A stretch of DNA of 64,000 bases from assembly GCA_018400015.1 (NCBI GenBank), contig JAGYNB010000002.1, forward strand, positions 180,555-244,554, in the 5' to 3' direction. The first letter of the stretch is position 1; each line of letters starts with the position of its first letter. Positions 18,718 to 27,458 of the stretch are shown here, piece by piece. The position numbers and the translations under genes are program-made. This DNA is from Candidatus Omnitrophota bacterium. Lineage in GTDB: Bacteria; Omnitrophota; Gorgyraeia; Gygaellales; Gygaellaceae. The notes below the pieces were generated by a model that was not told where the DNA came from, did not search any database, and saw only the letters and a list, made by a program, of their open reading frames with translations.

Positions 18718-20439
18718 ATGGTTAAGTCTTTAAGGGACAAGATTCTTGATTATTTATTGGAAGAAAAGAGGATTAGCAAAAGCGATATCGAACGGTTTTC
18801 TAAACTTCAGGAAAAGAGTAATCTTAAGATGGAAACTATTCTTATCGATAATGGTATTATTTCTGCCCAGGAGTATTTATCCATGCTGGCAAGGGAAACC
18901 AATACACCTGTAGTTTGTCTTGAGAGGATTGAGTGTGATCCGGAGATTTTAAATATTATACCGGAAAGAATATGCCAACAGTATAGTATTTTTCCTGTTG
19001 CCAAACTGGGGAATTTACTTACTTTGGCTATGTCTGACCCGATGAATATTTTTGCCATGGACGATATTAAGTCTTTAACATCTTTTGAAATTAATACGGT
19101 TTTAGCCAGCGAAGAAGATATTAAGAAAAACATACAGTTTTGGTATGAGGAATCAAAGAATAAAGATATATCCGAGTTGATTGGAGAGGTCAGCGAAGAA
19201 GAGATCAACGTTGTTGGTGAAATTAAGAAAAGGGAAATTGAAGGACAGTTTGATCTTGACAGGGCAATGTTTGAAGCTGAAGAATCTCCTGTTATCAAGC
19301 TGGTTAACCTTATGCTTAGTGAATCTTACCAGAAAAGGGCTTCGGATATTCATATTGAACCAGAAGAAGATTTTTTAAGGGTGCGCTATAGAATTGACGG
19401 TATGCTGCATGACGCTTACCAGATTCCCAAAGAAAAGCAGAATGCTGTAATCACGCGTATAAAGATAATGTCCAATCTGGATATTACTGAGTTTAGAATT
19501 CCTCAGGATGGCCGTTTTAAGATCCGTTTAGGGCAAAACGAAGTTGATTTCCGTGTATCAATTTTACCGATTAGTTTTGGGGAAAAGGTAGTTATGCGTT
19601 TGTTGGATAAACGTAATCTTTCTATTGGTCTGGAGAAATTAGGATTTTTAGCTGAGCCAATGCAGAAATTCAAAGATTGTATTAGTAAGCCATACGGAAT
19701 GATTCTTGTAACAGGGCCTACAGGGTCGGGAAAATCAACTACGCTTTATTCAATTATTAACCAGCTTAACACGTCCGCAACTCATATAATTACCGTAGAA
19801 GACCCTGTTGAGTATCAGATTGAAGGTATAGCGCAGATTCCGGTTAAGGCGGATATCGGTCTTACGTTCTCTGCTGGGCTTCGGGCGCTTTTGCGTCAAA
19901 GCCCTGATATTATCTTAATCGGTGAGATCAGGGATTCCGAAACTGCCGATATTGCCGTTAAGGCATCTCTCACCGGGCAGATGGTTTTATCGACGCTTCA
20001 TACCAACGATGCTGCAGGAGCAATAACCAGACTTATCGATATGGGCGTTGAACCGTTTTTGGTTTCTTCGAGTTTAATCATGACTTGTGCTCAGCGATTA
20101 AGTAGAAAAATATGTTCAAACTGTAAAGAAGAATATACGCCCGATCCAACGGTAGTAAAAAATCTTGGAATAAAATTGGAAAAAGACTCTGTTTTTTATC
20201 ACGGAAGAGGATGTTCTCATTGCAATAATACGGGTTATCGTGGTAGAATAGGGACAATAGAGGTTTTGGTAATTGATGATAAGATCAGAGAGATGATAAT
20301 CAAAAGAGTCTCATCTGATGAAGTCAGAGAATATGCCGTAACTCAAGGCATGGAGACATTAAGGGATAATGGCCTGCGTCAGGCAGCAATTGGTCTTACG
20401 ACCTTAGAAGAGGTTTTAAGAATCACTTCAGAGGAATAG
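18718..20439 (+). CDS. pilB: Type IV pilus/T2SS assembly ATPase (PilB/GspE family), copy 2
   Basis: ASDIHIEP, PQDGRF, GPTGSGKST, TVEDPVEY, GEIRD, STLHTNDA and CSNC...CSHC. Confidence 0.9.
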   Translation: MVKSLRDKILDYLLEEKRISKSDIERFSKLQEKSNLKMETILIDNGIISAQEYLSMLARETNTPVVCLERIECDPEILNIIPERICQQYSIFPVAKLGNLLTLAMSDPMNIFAMDDIKSLTSFEINTVLASEEDIKKNIQFWYEESKNKDISELIGEVSEEEINVVGEIKKREIEGQFDLDRAMFEAEESPVIKLVNLMLSESYQKRASDIHIEPEEDFLRVRYRIDGMLHDAYQIPKEKQNAVITRIKIMSNLDITEFRIPQDGRFKIRLGQNEVDFRVSILPISFGEKVVMRLLDKRNLSIGLEKLGFLAEPMQKFKDCISKPYGMILVTGPTGSGKSTTLYSIINQLNTSATHIITVEDPVEYQIEGIAQIPVKADIGLTFSAGLRALLRQSPDIILIGEIRDSETADIAVKASLTGQMVLSTLHTNDAAGAITRLIDMGVEPFLVSSSLIMTCAQRLSRKICSNCKEEYTPDPTVVKNLGIKLEKDSVFYHGRGCSHCNNTGYRGRIGTIEVLVIDDKIREMIIKRVSSDEVREYAVTQGMETLRDNGLRQAAIGLTTLEEVLRITSEE

Positions 20440-20440
20440 A

Positions 20441-23400
20441 ATGCAAAAAGATCTAATTATCTATATAGATGAGTTAACCGACCTTTACAATAGAAGATAC
20501 CTTTCCCAGGTTTTCCCCAAAGAAATTAAAAAAGCACAAGAAAAAAATTATAACCTTTGGTTTTTCATGATGGATTTGGATAACTTTAAAGGTATTAATG
20601 ATACATTAGGCCATTTAGCCGGAGATGATGCTTTAAAAAATCTAGCTGACATCCTAAAGAAGAATATGCGTGAGCAGGATATACTCTTTAGGTACGCCGG
20701 AGACGAATTTTCCGCAATTATTCCCGGAGGTACGCTTAATGATGTTTTGGCCGTTGCTAAAAGAATCTTAGAAAATGTCGCCAAATCTTCTTTTGGGTCT
20801 AATCCTATGCAGCCGGCAATAAAATTCACCGTGAGTATCGGAGTGTCTTGTTTTCCTGAAGATGCTGTTGAGCCCTTACGGTTAATCGATTTGGCTGACA
20901 AGGCGCTTTATGTATCAAAGCGAAAAGGCAAGAATCATATTTCCGTAGTAAGCGATGTTCCTCCAGAAGTATTAAGTCTTTATCAGACCCTAGAAAAGTT
21001 TCCTTGTCCTGTTTTTATTGATAGAGTCGAGGAATTAAACCGGCTTCTCAAATCCAGCGATGAACTTGCTAATCAAAAAAATAAAAAGAATATTTTCTTA
21101 TTTGGCAATTCCGGCATTGGAAAAACAAGGATATTACAGGAATACGGGAAAAGACTTTCCAGCAAAAACTTAAATTTGATCATTACCCGTGCAAGCGAAA
21201 AAGATCTTTTTACAAATTACCATATTTTTATAGAAGGGATATCCGGATACTTTAAAACCCATAGTTTTCAGATGGAGTTGTTGGAAGGTTTAGACGAAAG
21301 ACATAAATCCATACTTGTAGGTTTTATTCCGGAATTAAAAAGGTTTATTTCTGTTTCCGACGATGAGCTTAAAAATCTTTCCGGCAAGGCGATAAAAGAT
21401 GAAGACATAAAGATAATTTTTAAGAAATTCATTTCAAATATTACCAGAAGAAATTCTTCGGTTCTCGTAGTAGATGATTTGCAGTGGGCAGACAAAGCCA
21501 GCTTAGATCTAATAAAAGAATTTCAATCCAGCAATGATACTTTGATGGTTATTGCATCTATTTCCAGCGATTATATTGCCCAAAAAGAAACCCCGTTAGT
21601 GTTAAACGAATATATAACCAAAAATTTTCTTTCTTTTGAGAGGATTGATGTTGAGCCTTTCAATAAAGAAGAGATCGGCAAAATGGTCAATGCTGTTTTT
21701 GGTTCCCTTGAGAATTTGAATGAGTTTATTGCTTTGGTGTATTCGGTTACAAAAGGATCACCTTTATTTGTCGAAGAATTATTAAAATATTTTATTAATC
21801 GTGGGTTTGTATTTTATCGTAAGGGTAAATGGGGCTGGCTGGATATAAGAAGAGAAGATATCCCGTCAAGTATTGAAGAAGTTGTTGCTCAGCGTATCAA
21901 ATCGTTAAGCTCGGAATTAAAAGAAGTTATTACCCAGGCCTCTGTAATCGGTGAGGATTTTGAAGTAAATCTTTTGCAGAAGTTAGGCAAAAAGAATCAG
22001 GGTTATGTTATGGACTTGATTGAAACTGCCAAAAAATCCGGTCTCATACGAGAGGAAAAAGGTGCCGAAGGGGTAAGGTTCGTATTTACCAGTGCTAAAG
22101 TAAGGGATGTTTTATACGGCCTGGCTGATAAAAACCAGGTTAAGAATTTGAACCGCCAGATCGGCCAGATAAAAGAAGAGATTTACAAAGGTAATGAGGA
22201 TCAGGTGGCCGGCGAGCTGTACTACCGATTTAAAAAAGCAGAAGATGGCAAAAAAGCCTCTCGTTATGCAAAGATGGTTAAAGAAGGCCGATCTTTTGTT
22301 TATGAAAAAAGTATTCACTTCGCCAAGGGTCTTCTAGAAGAGGTTCAGGTTAGCGAACAGGAAATTCCCGATAAGGCAATTGATGTTGTTTCAGATATTA
22401 TTCGTCTTATTTACGTTTCGCAGATAAACAGCAGTCTTTACCCTAAAGGAAGCTCGATGCGCACTCAGCCATTGGCGGATTTGATAGCAAAAATGAAAAG
22501 TATTTTTGAATATGTGTTGGTGGTAAGTTTTAGTCATTTTAACGAATTTTTGGTTATTAATAATAGAATTTATGACAAGGAAAGTTTAAAAGAGACGTTT
22601 AAAAATGCTTTTATCGGGTTATTGAGGCAGAATAAAATCGAAAAAATCTCTTTTACTCCCAGTTTAAGCGTTGAAGAACTGGAAGATTTCTTGGAGTTAT
22701 TTGAAACCAGCGAAAAGGAAGGATTTAAGAATAAATTTCATCAGGAATCATTTCCTAATATCAAGGTTGAATTTATAAGTTATGAGAATTATCTTTCCAA
22801 AAGAACTAAAGACAGAGAGCAATTACAGGATATAATGCTTCTTGATTATCTTTTAGGCAAAGTTCCCGGAGAAGGTTTACAAGACAAAATGAGTATTCTT
22901 GATAAGATCCAGACGCATAGCCAGGATATTGCTTCAGCGTTAACACAGATGGCGGATAAAGTAAGTAAACAAAAAGGAGTGGATAAGGATTCCGCTCGAG
23001 CGGATATTCTTTCCGATAATTTTAAAAAGATCGCCCAGCATATTTTTAATAAAGGTGAAGGCGCTTGGGATAAATATAAAAAGGGTCTTGCTAAGACAAT
23101 ACTTTCACTTGAGCCTAATCTGCGTGAAGAATTTTTTCATAAACAGTTAAAAGAAGAGCAGGTAAAACAAGATGATATTGTTGAAGATGAGGTTGTTTCA
23201 GAAGTTTCAGAAGATGATGTTTCTGCACAGGAGGATGTTTCAACCGATGAATTAAGAGAAAAGACCCAAGAAGAAGAGCCTCGGCAGGATATTATCAAGG
23301 CTTTAGCTGGTGAATTTCCAGAAGACGTTGTTCTGGACCTTATAAAAAAAGAATACAAAGAGGGAAATAACAGCCCCGAACAATTTAAAGAGATAGTTTC

Positions 23401-24607
23401 TAAGTTTTTACCAGAAGATAAAGAACAAAAGAAAGCACTTTTAGACAAAATTATCAATACGTTAAAAGAAAACGGTGCGAAAGAAGAAGAATTGAAATTC
23501 CTTACCCAGGAAGAATCTTGGCCAAACCTTAGTTTTAGCGAAAAAATCATAGATTTTCTGAATATGAACGCTGATCGGTATGTTTATATCTCAAAGCAGT
23601 ATGGTTTTGCTTCGGTAATGGAATTCGCGCTCTCTTCCGATACAGAACAGGTTAAGAAAATACTGGAAAGGTTGGTTTATTTTATAGAGTCAGATACTCC
23701 CGAAGCGGTAAATATCGCAAAACAGGATCTTTTGGCGTTGATCGATTTAGTGTTTACTTTTAAAAAGGGTGAATTCTTGGAGTTGTTGCTTAATACATTT
23801 TTGTCTGAATTACATAAAGAACACAATAAAGAAACTATATCAATTTTTATCAATAATATCGAAAAACTCACCTATGTAGTTTTTTCAATGTCCGCATTTG
23901 ATTTGTTTACCAAGGTAATTAATGAATTAAGAAAGCTTATTAATGAAACTGACACCTTAGCTGATATAAAAGCCAATATCAATTTGGTTTTGTCTCATAT
24001 TTGTTCAGAGGAAATAATCCAGCGTCTTATTGAGCGGTTATTCAATTATGTTGATAATAATGAGGATTACGCACAGATTGCTCATGTTTTTGTCGCAATC
24101 GGGAAATCCGCAGCAAATAAGCTGATTGACGAGGCAATGTTCGAGAAAAATATAAATATCGTAGGTTATTTCGGGGGATATCTTAGAAGAAAAGCAGTGG
24201 GTAATATTTTAAACATGATGGATAAAAATGAAGTTATGGAGTTTATCAAGGATAGGCTTCAAAATGAAAAGTGGTTTATTGTACGTAATACCATTGATCT
24301 GATCATGCATATAGATAATCCTGAATATATTTCTTTGCTTGATATAGTAAAAGATAACAATGATTCCCGAGTGAGAAGAAAATTGCTTTTTGTCTTGGGT
24401 AGATTTAAGAGTAAACAGGCACTGGATATTTGTTATTCTCTTGCAAACGATAGAGATGATGCTATTGCCATGGGAGCGATAAAATTAATTGCTTCAATCG
24501 GAGAGAAAGACTCTGTTGAGTTCTTAAATAATTTAAGTGTAAAACATTCTTTACGCGATGAAAAGAATAAAGCTATTGAAGAATTAAAACAGAGATTAAA
24601 TAAATAA
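20441..24607 (+). CDS. Diguanylate cyclase fused to a STAND-type P-loop NTPase and C-terminal HEAT repeats
   Basis: DELTDLYN, DLDNFKGINDTLGHLAGD and REQDILFRYAGDEF; then FIDRVEEL, GNSGIGKT, VVDDLQWAD, TKGSPLFVEELL and IPSSIEEVV..RI..L; C-terminal KWFIVRN / DSRVRRK HEAT-like repeats. Confidence 0.85.
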   Translation: MQKDLIIYIDELTDLYNRRYLSQVFPKEIKKAQEKNYNLWFFMMDLDNFKGINDTLGHLAGDDALKNLADILKKNMREQDILFRYAGDEFSAIIPGGTLNDVLAVAKRILENVAKSSFGSNPMQPAIKFTVSIGVSCFPEDAVEPLRLIDLADKALYVSKRKGKNHISVVSDVPPEVLSLYQTLEKFPCPVFIDRVEELNRLLKSSDELANQKNKKNIFLFGNSGIGKTRILQEYGKRLSSKNLNLIITRASEKDLFTNYHIFIEGISGYFKTHSFQMELLEGLDERHKSILVGFIPELKRFISVSDDELKNLSGKAIKDEDIKIIFKKFISNITRRNSSVLVVDDLQWADKASLDLIKEFQSSNDTLMVIASISSDYIAQKETPLVLNEYITKNFLSFERIDVEPFNKEEIGKMVNAVFGSLENLNEFIALVYSVTKGSPLFVEELLKYFINRGFVFYRKGKWGWLDIRREDIPSSIEEVVAQRIKSLSSELKEVITQASVIGEDFEVNLLQKLGKKNQGYVMDLIETAKKSGLIREEKGAEGVRFVFTSAKVRDVLYGLADKNQVKNLNRQIGQIKEEIYKGNEDQVAGELYYRFKKAEDGKKASRYAKMVKEGRSFVYEKSIHFAKGLLEEVQVSEQEIPDKAIDVVSDIIRLIYVSQINSSLYPKGSSMRTQPLADLIAKMKSIFEYVLVVSFSHFNEFLVINNRIYDKESLKETFKNAFIGLLRQNKIEKISFTPSLSVEELEDFLELFETSEKEGFKNKFHQESFPNIKVEFISYENYLSKRTKDREQLQDIMLLDYLLGKVPGEGLQDKMSILDKIQTHSQDIASALTQMADKVSKQKGVDKDSARADILSDNFKKIAQHIFNKGEGAWDKYKKGLAKTILSLEPNLREEFFHKQLKEEQVKQDDIVEDEVVSEVSEDDVSAQEDVSTDELREKTQEEEPRQDIIKALAGEFPEDVVLDLIKKEYKEGNNSPEQFKEIVSKFLPEDKEQKKALLDKIINTLKENGAKEEELKFLTQEESWPNLSFSEKIIDFLNMNADRYVYISKQYGFASVMEFALSSDTEQVKKILERLVYFIESDTPEAVNIAKQDLLALIDLVFTFKKGEFLELLLNTFLSELHKEHNKETISIFINNIEKLTYVVFSMSAFDLFTKVINELRKLINETDTLADIKANINLVLSHICSEEIIQRLIERLFNYVDNNEDYAQIAHVFVAIGKSAANKLIDEAMFEKNINIVGYFGGYLRRKAVGNILNMMDKNEVMEFIKDRLQNEKWFIVRNTIDLIMHIDNPEYISLLDIVKDNNDSRVRRKLLFVLGRFKSKQALDICYSLANDRDDAIAMGAIKLIASIGEKDSVEFLNNLSVKHSLRDEKNKAIEELKQRLNK

Positions 24608-25077
24608 TGCCATTTAAAAGACAACCCATTTACAAAAAGCAGTTGCTGGGCCAGATTTTCTTAAAAAGCGGAATTATTTCCAAAGAGCAACTTAAGGAAG
24701 CGCTTGAATCACAAAAGAAAGAAGGCGGTTTTTTAGGCGGCGTATTGATAAAATTAGGTTATCTTACGGAGATGGATTTGGTTATGGGGCTTTCCAGTCA
24801 GTGTAGCATACCGTATCTGCCGCCCTTAAGGTACAAGATTCCTAAAAATGTTTCTGAAAATTTAAGCGAAGAATTGTTGCGTAAAAATAGCTTTGTTCCG
24901 ATTGATAAATTTCATGATACATTAACTGTTTGTATGGTTAATCCTTTGGACGATCGCTCAATAACAGAGATTACAAATATTACTAATCTTGAAGTTCTTG
25001 TCTGCATTGCCACCAGAGATGAAATTGAGAAAGCGATTAATAACCTATATAAAAAATCTGGTAAAAATGCGTTGTAA
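24607..25077 (+). CDS. Second stand-alone MshEN domain protein
   Basis: LLGQIFLKSGIISKEQLKEALESQ-KKEGG-FLGGVLIKLGYLTEMDLVMGLSSQ and CMVNPLD. Confidence 0.85.
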   Translation: MPFKRQPIYKKQLLGQIFLKSGIISKEQLKEALESQKKEGGFLGGVLIKLGYLTEMDLVMGLSSQCSIPYLPPLRYKIPKNVSENLSEELLRKNSFVPIDKFHDTLTVCMVNPLDDRSITEITNITNLEVLVCIATRDEIEKAINNLYKKSGKNAL

Positions 25078-25100
25078 TTTGAGTTTTTATAGTATAAAAT
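25072..25100 (+). promoter_or_regulatory. Possible internal sigma70 promoter upstream of pilC
   Basis: TTGTAA 25072-25077, 17-nt spacer, TAAAAT 25095-25100, in a very AT-rich gap. Confidence 0.4.
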
Positions 25101-25145
25101 AATAATAATATTTAAATTATTTAATATTAGAGAAAGGATTTTTAA

Positions 25146-26351
25146 ATGGCTCAGTTTAAATATTATGCAAAAGATAAAAAAGGAGCTTCTGTTAATGGTG
25201 TTTTGGAAGCAGAGAATAAGAATGTTGTTATCGAAGAGTTAAGGCGCAGACAGTTAACGATAATTTCCTTAAAGGAAGCAAAAAAAGCATTCAGTATCGG
25301 AGGTCCAAAGAAAGTCAGCGCTGATGATCTGGTAATTTTCTCTAGACAATTATCCACAATGGTAAATTCCGGTATTCCTTTGGTGCAGTCATTGGATATT
25401 TTAGGTGAACAGCTTGAGAATAAAGAGTTTCGTTCGATAATTATGACCATAAGAGACGATATCCAGACTGGCCTCAGTCTTTCCGGTGCGTTTGCAAAAC
25501 ACCCCAAGGTTTTTTCAACACTTTATATCAATATGGTCAAAGCCGGCGAGACTTCCGGTATGCTCGATGAAATATTAGACAGGCTGGCAATATATCTGGA
25601 AAAATCCAATTCTTTGAAGAAGAAAATAAAATCGGCCATGATTTATCCTGCTTTGGTTTTTAGCATGGCGATTATTATTACTTCAGGATTGTTGATTTTC
25701 GTTGTTCCTCAGTTTAAATCTATTTTTAGCTCTTTTGGAGGTAAACTTCCGTTGCCAACACAGATTTTGATTGCCATAAGCGATAATTTCTCAAAGATAG
25801 TACCTGCTTTGATTGTAATGTTGATCCTTGCCGCAGTTATATTTTCGCGTGTTATTAAAACGCCTAAAGGAAGATATAAGTTTGATCAGTTCAAATTAAA
25901 GGTATTTATTTTTGGCAAGATGTTTCAGATGGTTGCGGTCAGTAGATTCTCTAGAACGCTTTCGACTTTGGTAAGAAGCGGTGTTTCCATTCTTACAGCT
26001 TTAGATATCGTTTCCAAGACAACGGGGAATAAAGTTATTGAGCAGGCGTTAGATAACGTAGGTACTAATATAAAAGAAGGTAAATCTATTGCGTTGCCGT
26101 TAGCGGAAGCAAAGATATTTCCTCCTATGGTTGTAAGGATGATTTCCGTAGGCGAACAGTCCGGAGAACTGGAGAAGATGTTGTCAAAAATCAGTGATTT
26201 TTATGATGAACAGGTGGATATTGCCGTATCGGGCTTATCCAGTGTAATCGAGCCTGTAATTATTATATTCTTGGGTGTTGTGATCGGTTCTATCGTTATC
26301 GCTATATTTTTGCCGATTTTGAAGATGTCTTCTCTTGTTGGGGGCATGTAA
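25146..26351 (+). CDS. pilC: Type IV pilus inner-membrane platform protein PilC (GspF family)
   Basis: FSRQLSTMVNSGIPL, MVKAGETSGMLD, KSAMIYP, LPLPTQIL, GEQSGELEKML and IEPVII motifs. Confidence 0.95.
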   Translation: MAQFKYYAKDKKGASVNGVLEAENKNVVIEELRRRQLTIISLKEAKKAFSIGGPKKVSADDLVIFSRQLSTMVNSGIPLVQSLDILGEQLENKEFRSIIMTIRDDIQTGLSLSGAFAKHPKVFSTLYINMVKAGETSGMLDEILDRLAIYLEKSNSLKKKIKSAMIYPALVFSMAIIITSGLLIFVVPQFKSIFSSFGGKLPLPTQILIAISDNFSKIVPALIVMLILAAVIFSRVIKTPKGRYKFDQFKLKVFIFGKMFQMVAVSRFSRTLSTLVRSGVSILTALDIVSKTTGNKVIEQALDNVGTNIKEGKSIALPLAEAKIFPPMVVRMISVGEQSGELEKMLSKISDFYDEQVDIAVSGLSSVIEPVIIIFLGVVIGSIVIAIFLPILKMSSLVGGM

Positions 26352-26356
26352 GAGGC

Positions 26357-26824
26357 ATGAGAAAAAGTTTTTCTCTAATTGAGTTAGTGTTTGCTCTTGG
26401 AATATTGGGTCTTGTAGCAGCGACTTTCATGATGAGTTTTGCCAATTATTCTAATCTTAATGAGACCAATATTAATGTTAACCTAGCATATATAAAGGCC
26501 CGTTCGGTTGTTGAAGAATTGCGTTCCATCGATGATTCAGATGAAGGAGATTTAAAGACTGCGAAGGATAGCTGTGGTACTGAAAAATTAGTAGAAAACG
26601 GTCTTTTGGAAGGAGTTGGCCAGCCTGACACAGGGATTTATTCAGTGTATCTGAAGTGTCTAAGGGATGCAGGCGGGTCGTGTCTTGACAGGACATTTGA
26701 TGTAACGGTATCATTGTGTTGGGTGCAGTCAAACGGAAGAGTAATTGGCGAAAGGGATTCTGATAACGAAGAATGCGAAGATTCTATCTATGAATATACC
26801 AGCAGTTTTACCACTGCTAAATAA
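26357..26824 (+). CDS. Minor pilin (PilV-like)
   Basis: Class III signal MRKS|FSLIELV (Glu+5), hydrophobic helix and Cys residues in the globular domain. Confidence 0.75.
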   Translation: MRKSFSLIELVFALGILGLVAATFMMSFANYSNLNETNINVNLAYIKARSVVEELRSIDDSDEGDLKTAKDSCGTEKLVENGLLEGVGQPDTGIYSVYLKCLRDAGGSCLDRTFDVTVSLCWVQSNGRVIGERDSDNEECEDSIYEYTSSFTTAK

Positions 26825-26827
26825 AAG

Positions 26828-27445
26828 ATGATTTCTAAAATTAAGCTTTTTTCCAGAAAAGGTTTCAGCATACTGGAGTTGATTACGGCGATTGGGATTT
26901 TTTCGTTTTTGACCATATTTTTATTTTCCGGGATTATTACCGTGCGCAATATCTGGCTTAAGTCTTCTGCAAAGATAAAATTGGTTGATGAAGGGATGAA
27001 TGCTTTAAGCGTTATGAAATCAGAATTAGCCCAGTCAGGCAGGGATTATTTTAAGATTACGAATTCAGCTAGCGATTATTGCGCCAACAATGATACTAAT
27101 ACCGGGAGTTTGATTATTTTTCCTGTACCGATTTTAATTAGTGGTAAATATCATGATATCAACGGATCAATTAATTGGGGATATGACGGCGATACGAATA
27201 AAAAAATTCGCTATAGAGTCTATGATAATAAGCTTTTTCGTGAGATAGCAGATACGTCTTCAAGCTCTTGCGATACTATCGAGAGCAAAGTATTAGCTTA
27301 CAATATGGATAGCGACTCGCCTGTTACTTTTGAGTATGATACCGGCAGTCACACGATAGCACTAACTATTAATTTAGAAGATAGGGATTTTGCGAGTAAT
27401 GAAGTTGATTTAAGCCTGGAAGAGATTATTTACCCGGAAAATTAA
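26828..27445 (+). CDS. Minor pilin (PilW/PulJ-like)
   Basis: Class III signal SRKG|FSILELI followed by a hydrophobic helix. Confidence 0.78.
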   Translation: MISKIKLFSRKGFSILELITAIGIFSFLTIFLFSGIITVRNIWLKSSAKIKLVDEGMNALSVMKSELAQSGRDYFKITNSASDYCANNDTNTGSLIIFPVPILISGKYHDINGSINWGYDGDTNKKIRYRVYDNKLFREIADTSSSSCDTIESKVLAYNMDSDSPVTFEYDTGSHTIALTINLEDRDFASNEVDLSLEEIIYPEN

Positions 27446-27458
27446 GAAGGTGTGACCT

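Noticed and set aside
20441-24607. Interpreting the STAND protein as an Avs-type anti-phage defence system
   Set aside because: The effector is a GGDEF domain rather than a nuclease, protease or TIR/SIR2 domain, and the gene is embedded in a pilus operon with no defence-island neighbours. Signalling is more parsimonious, though not proven.
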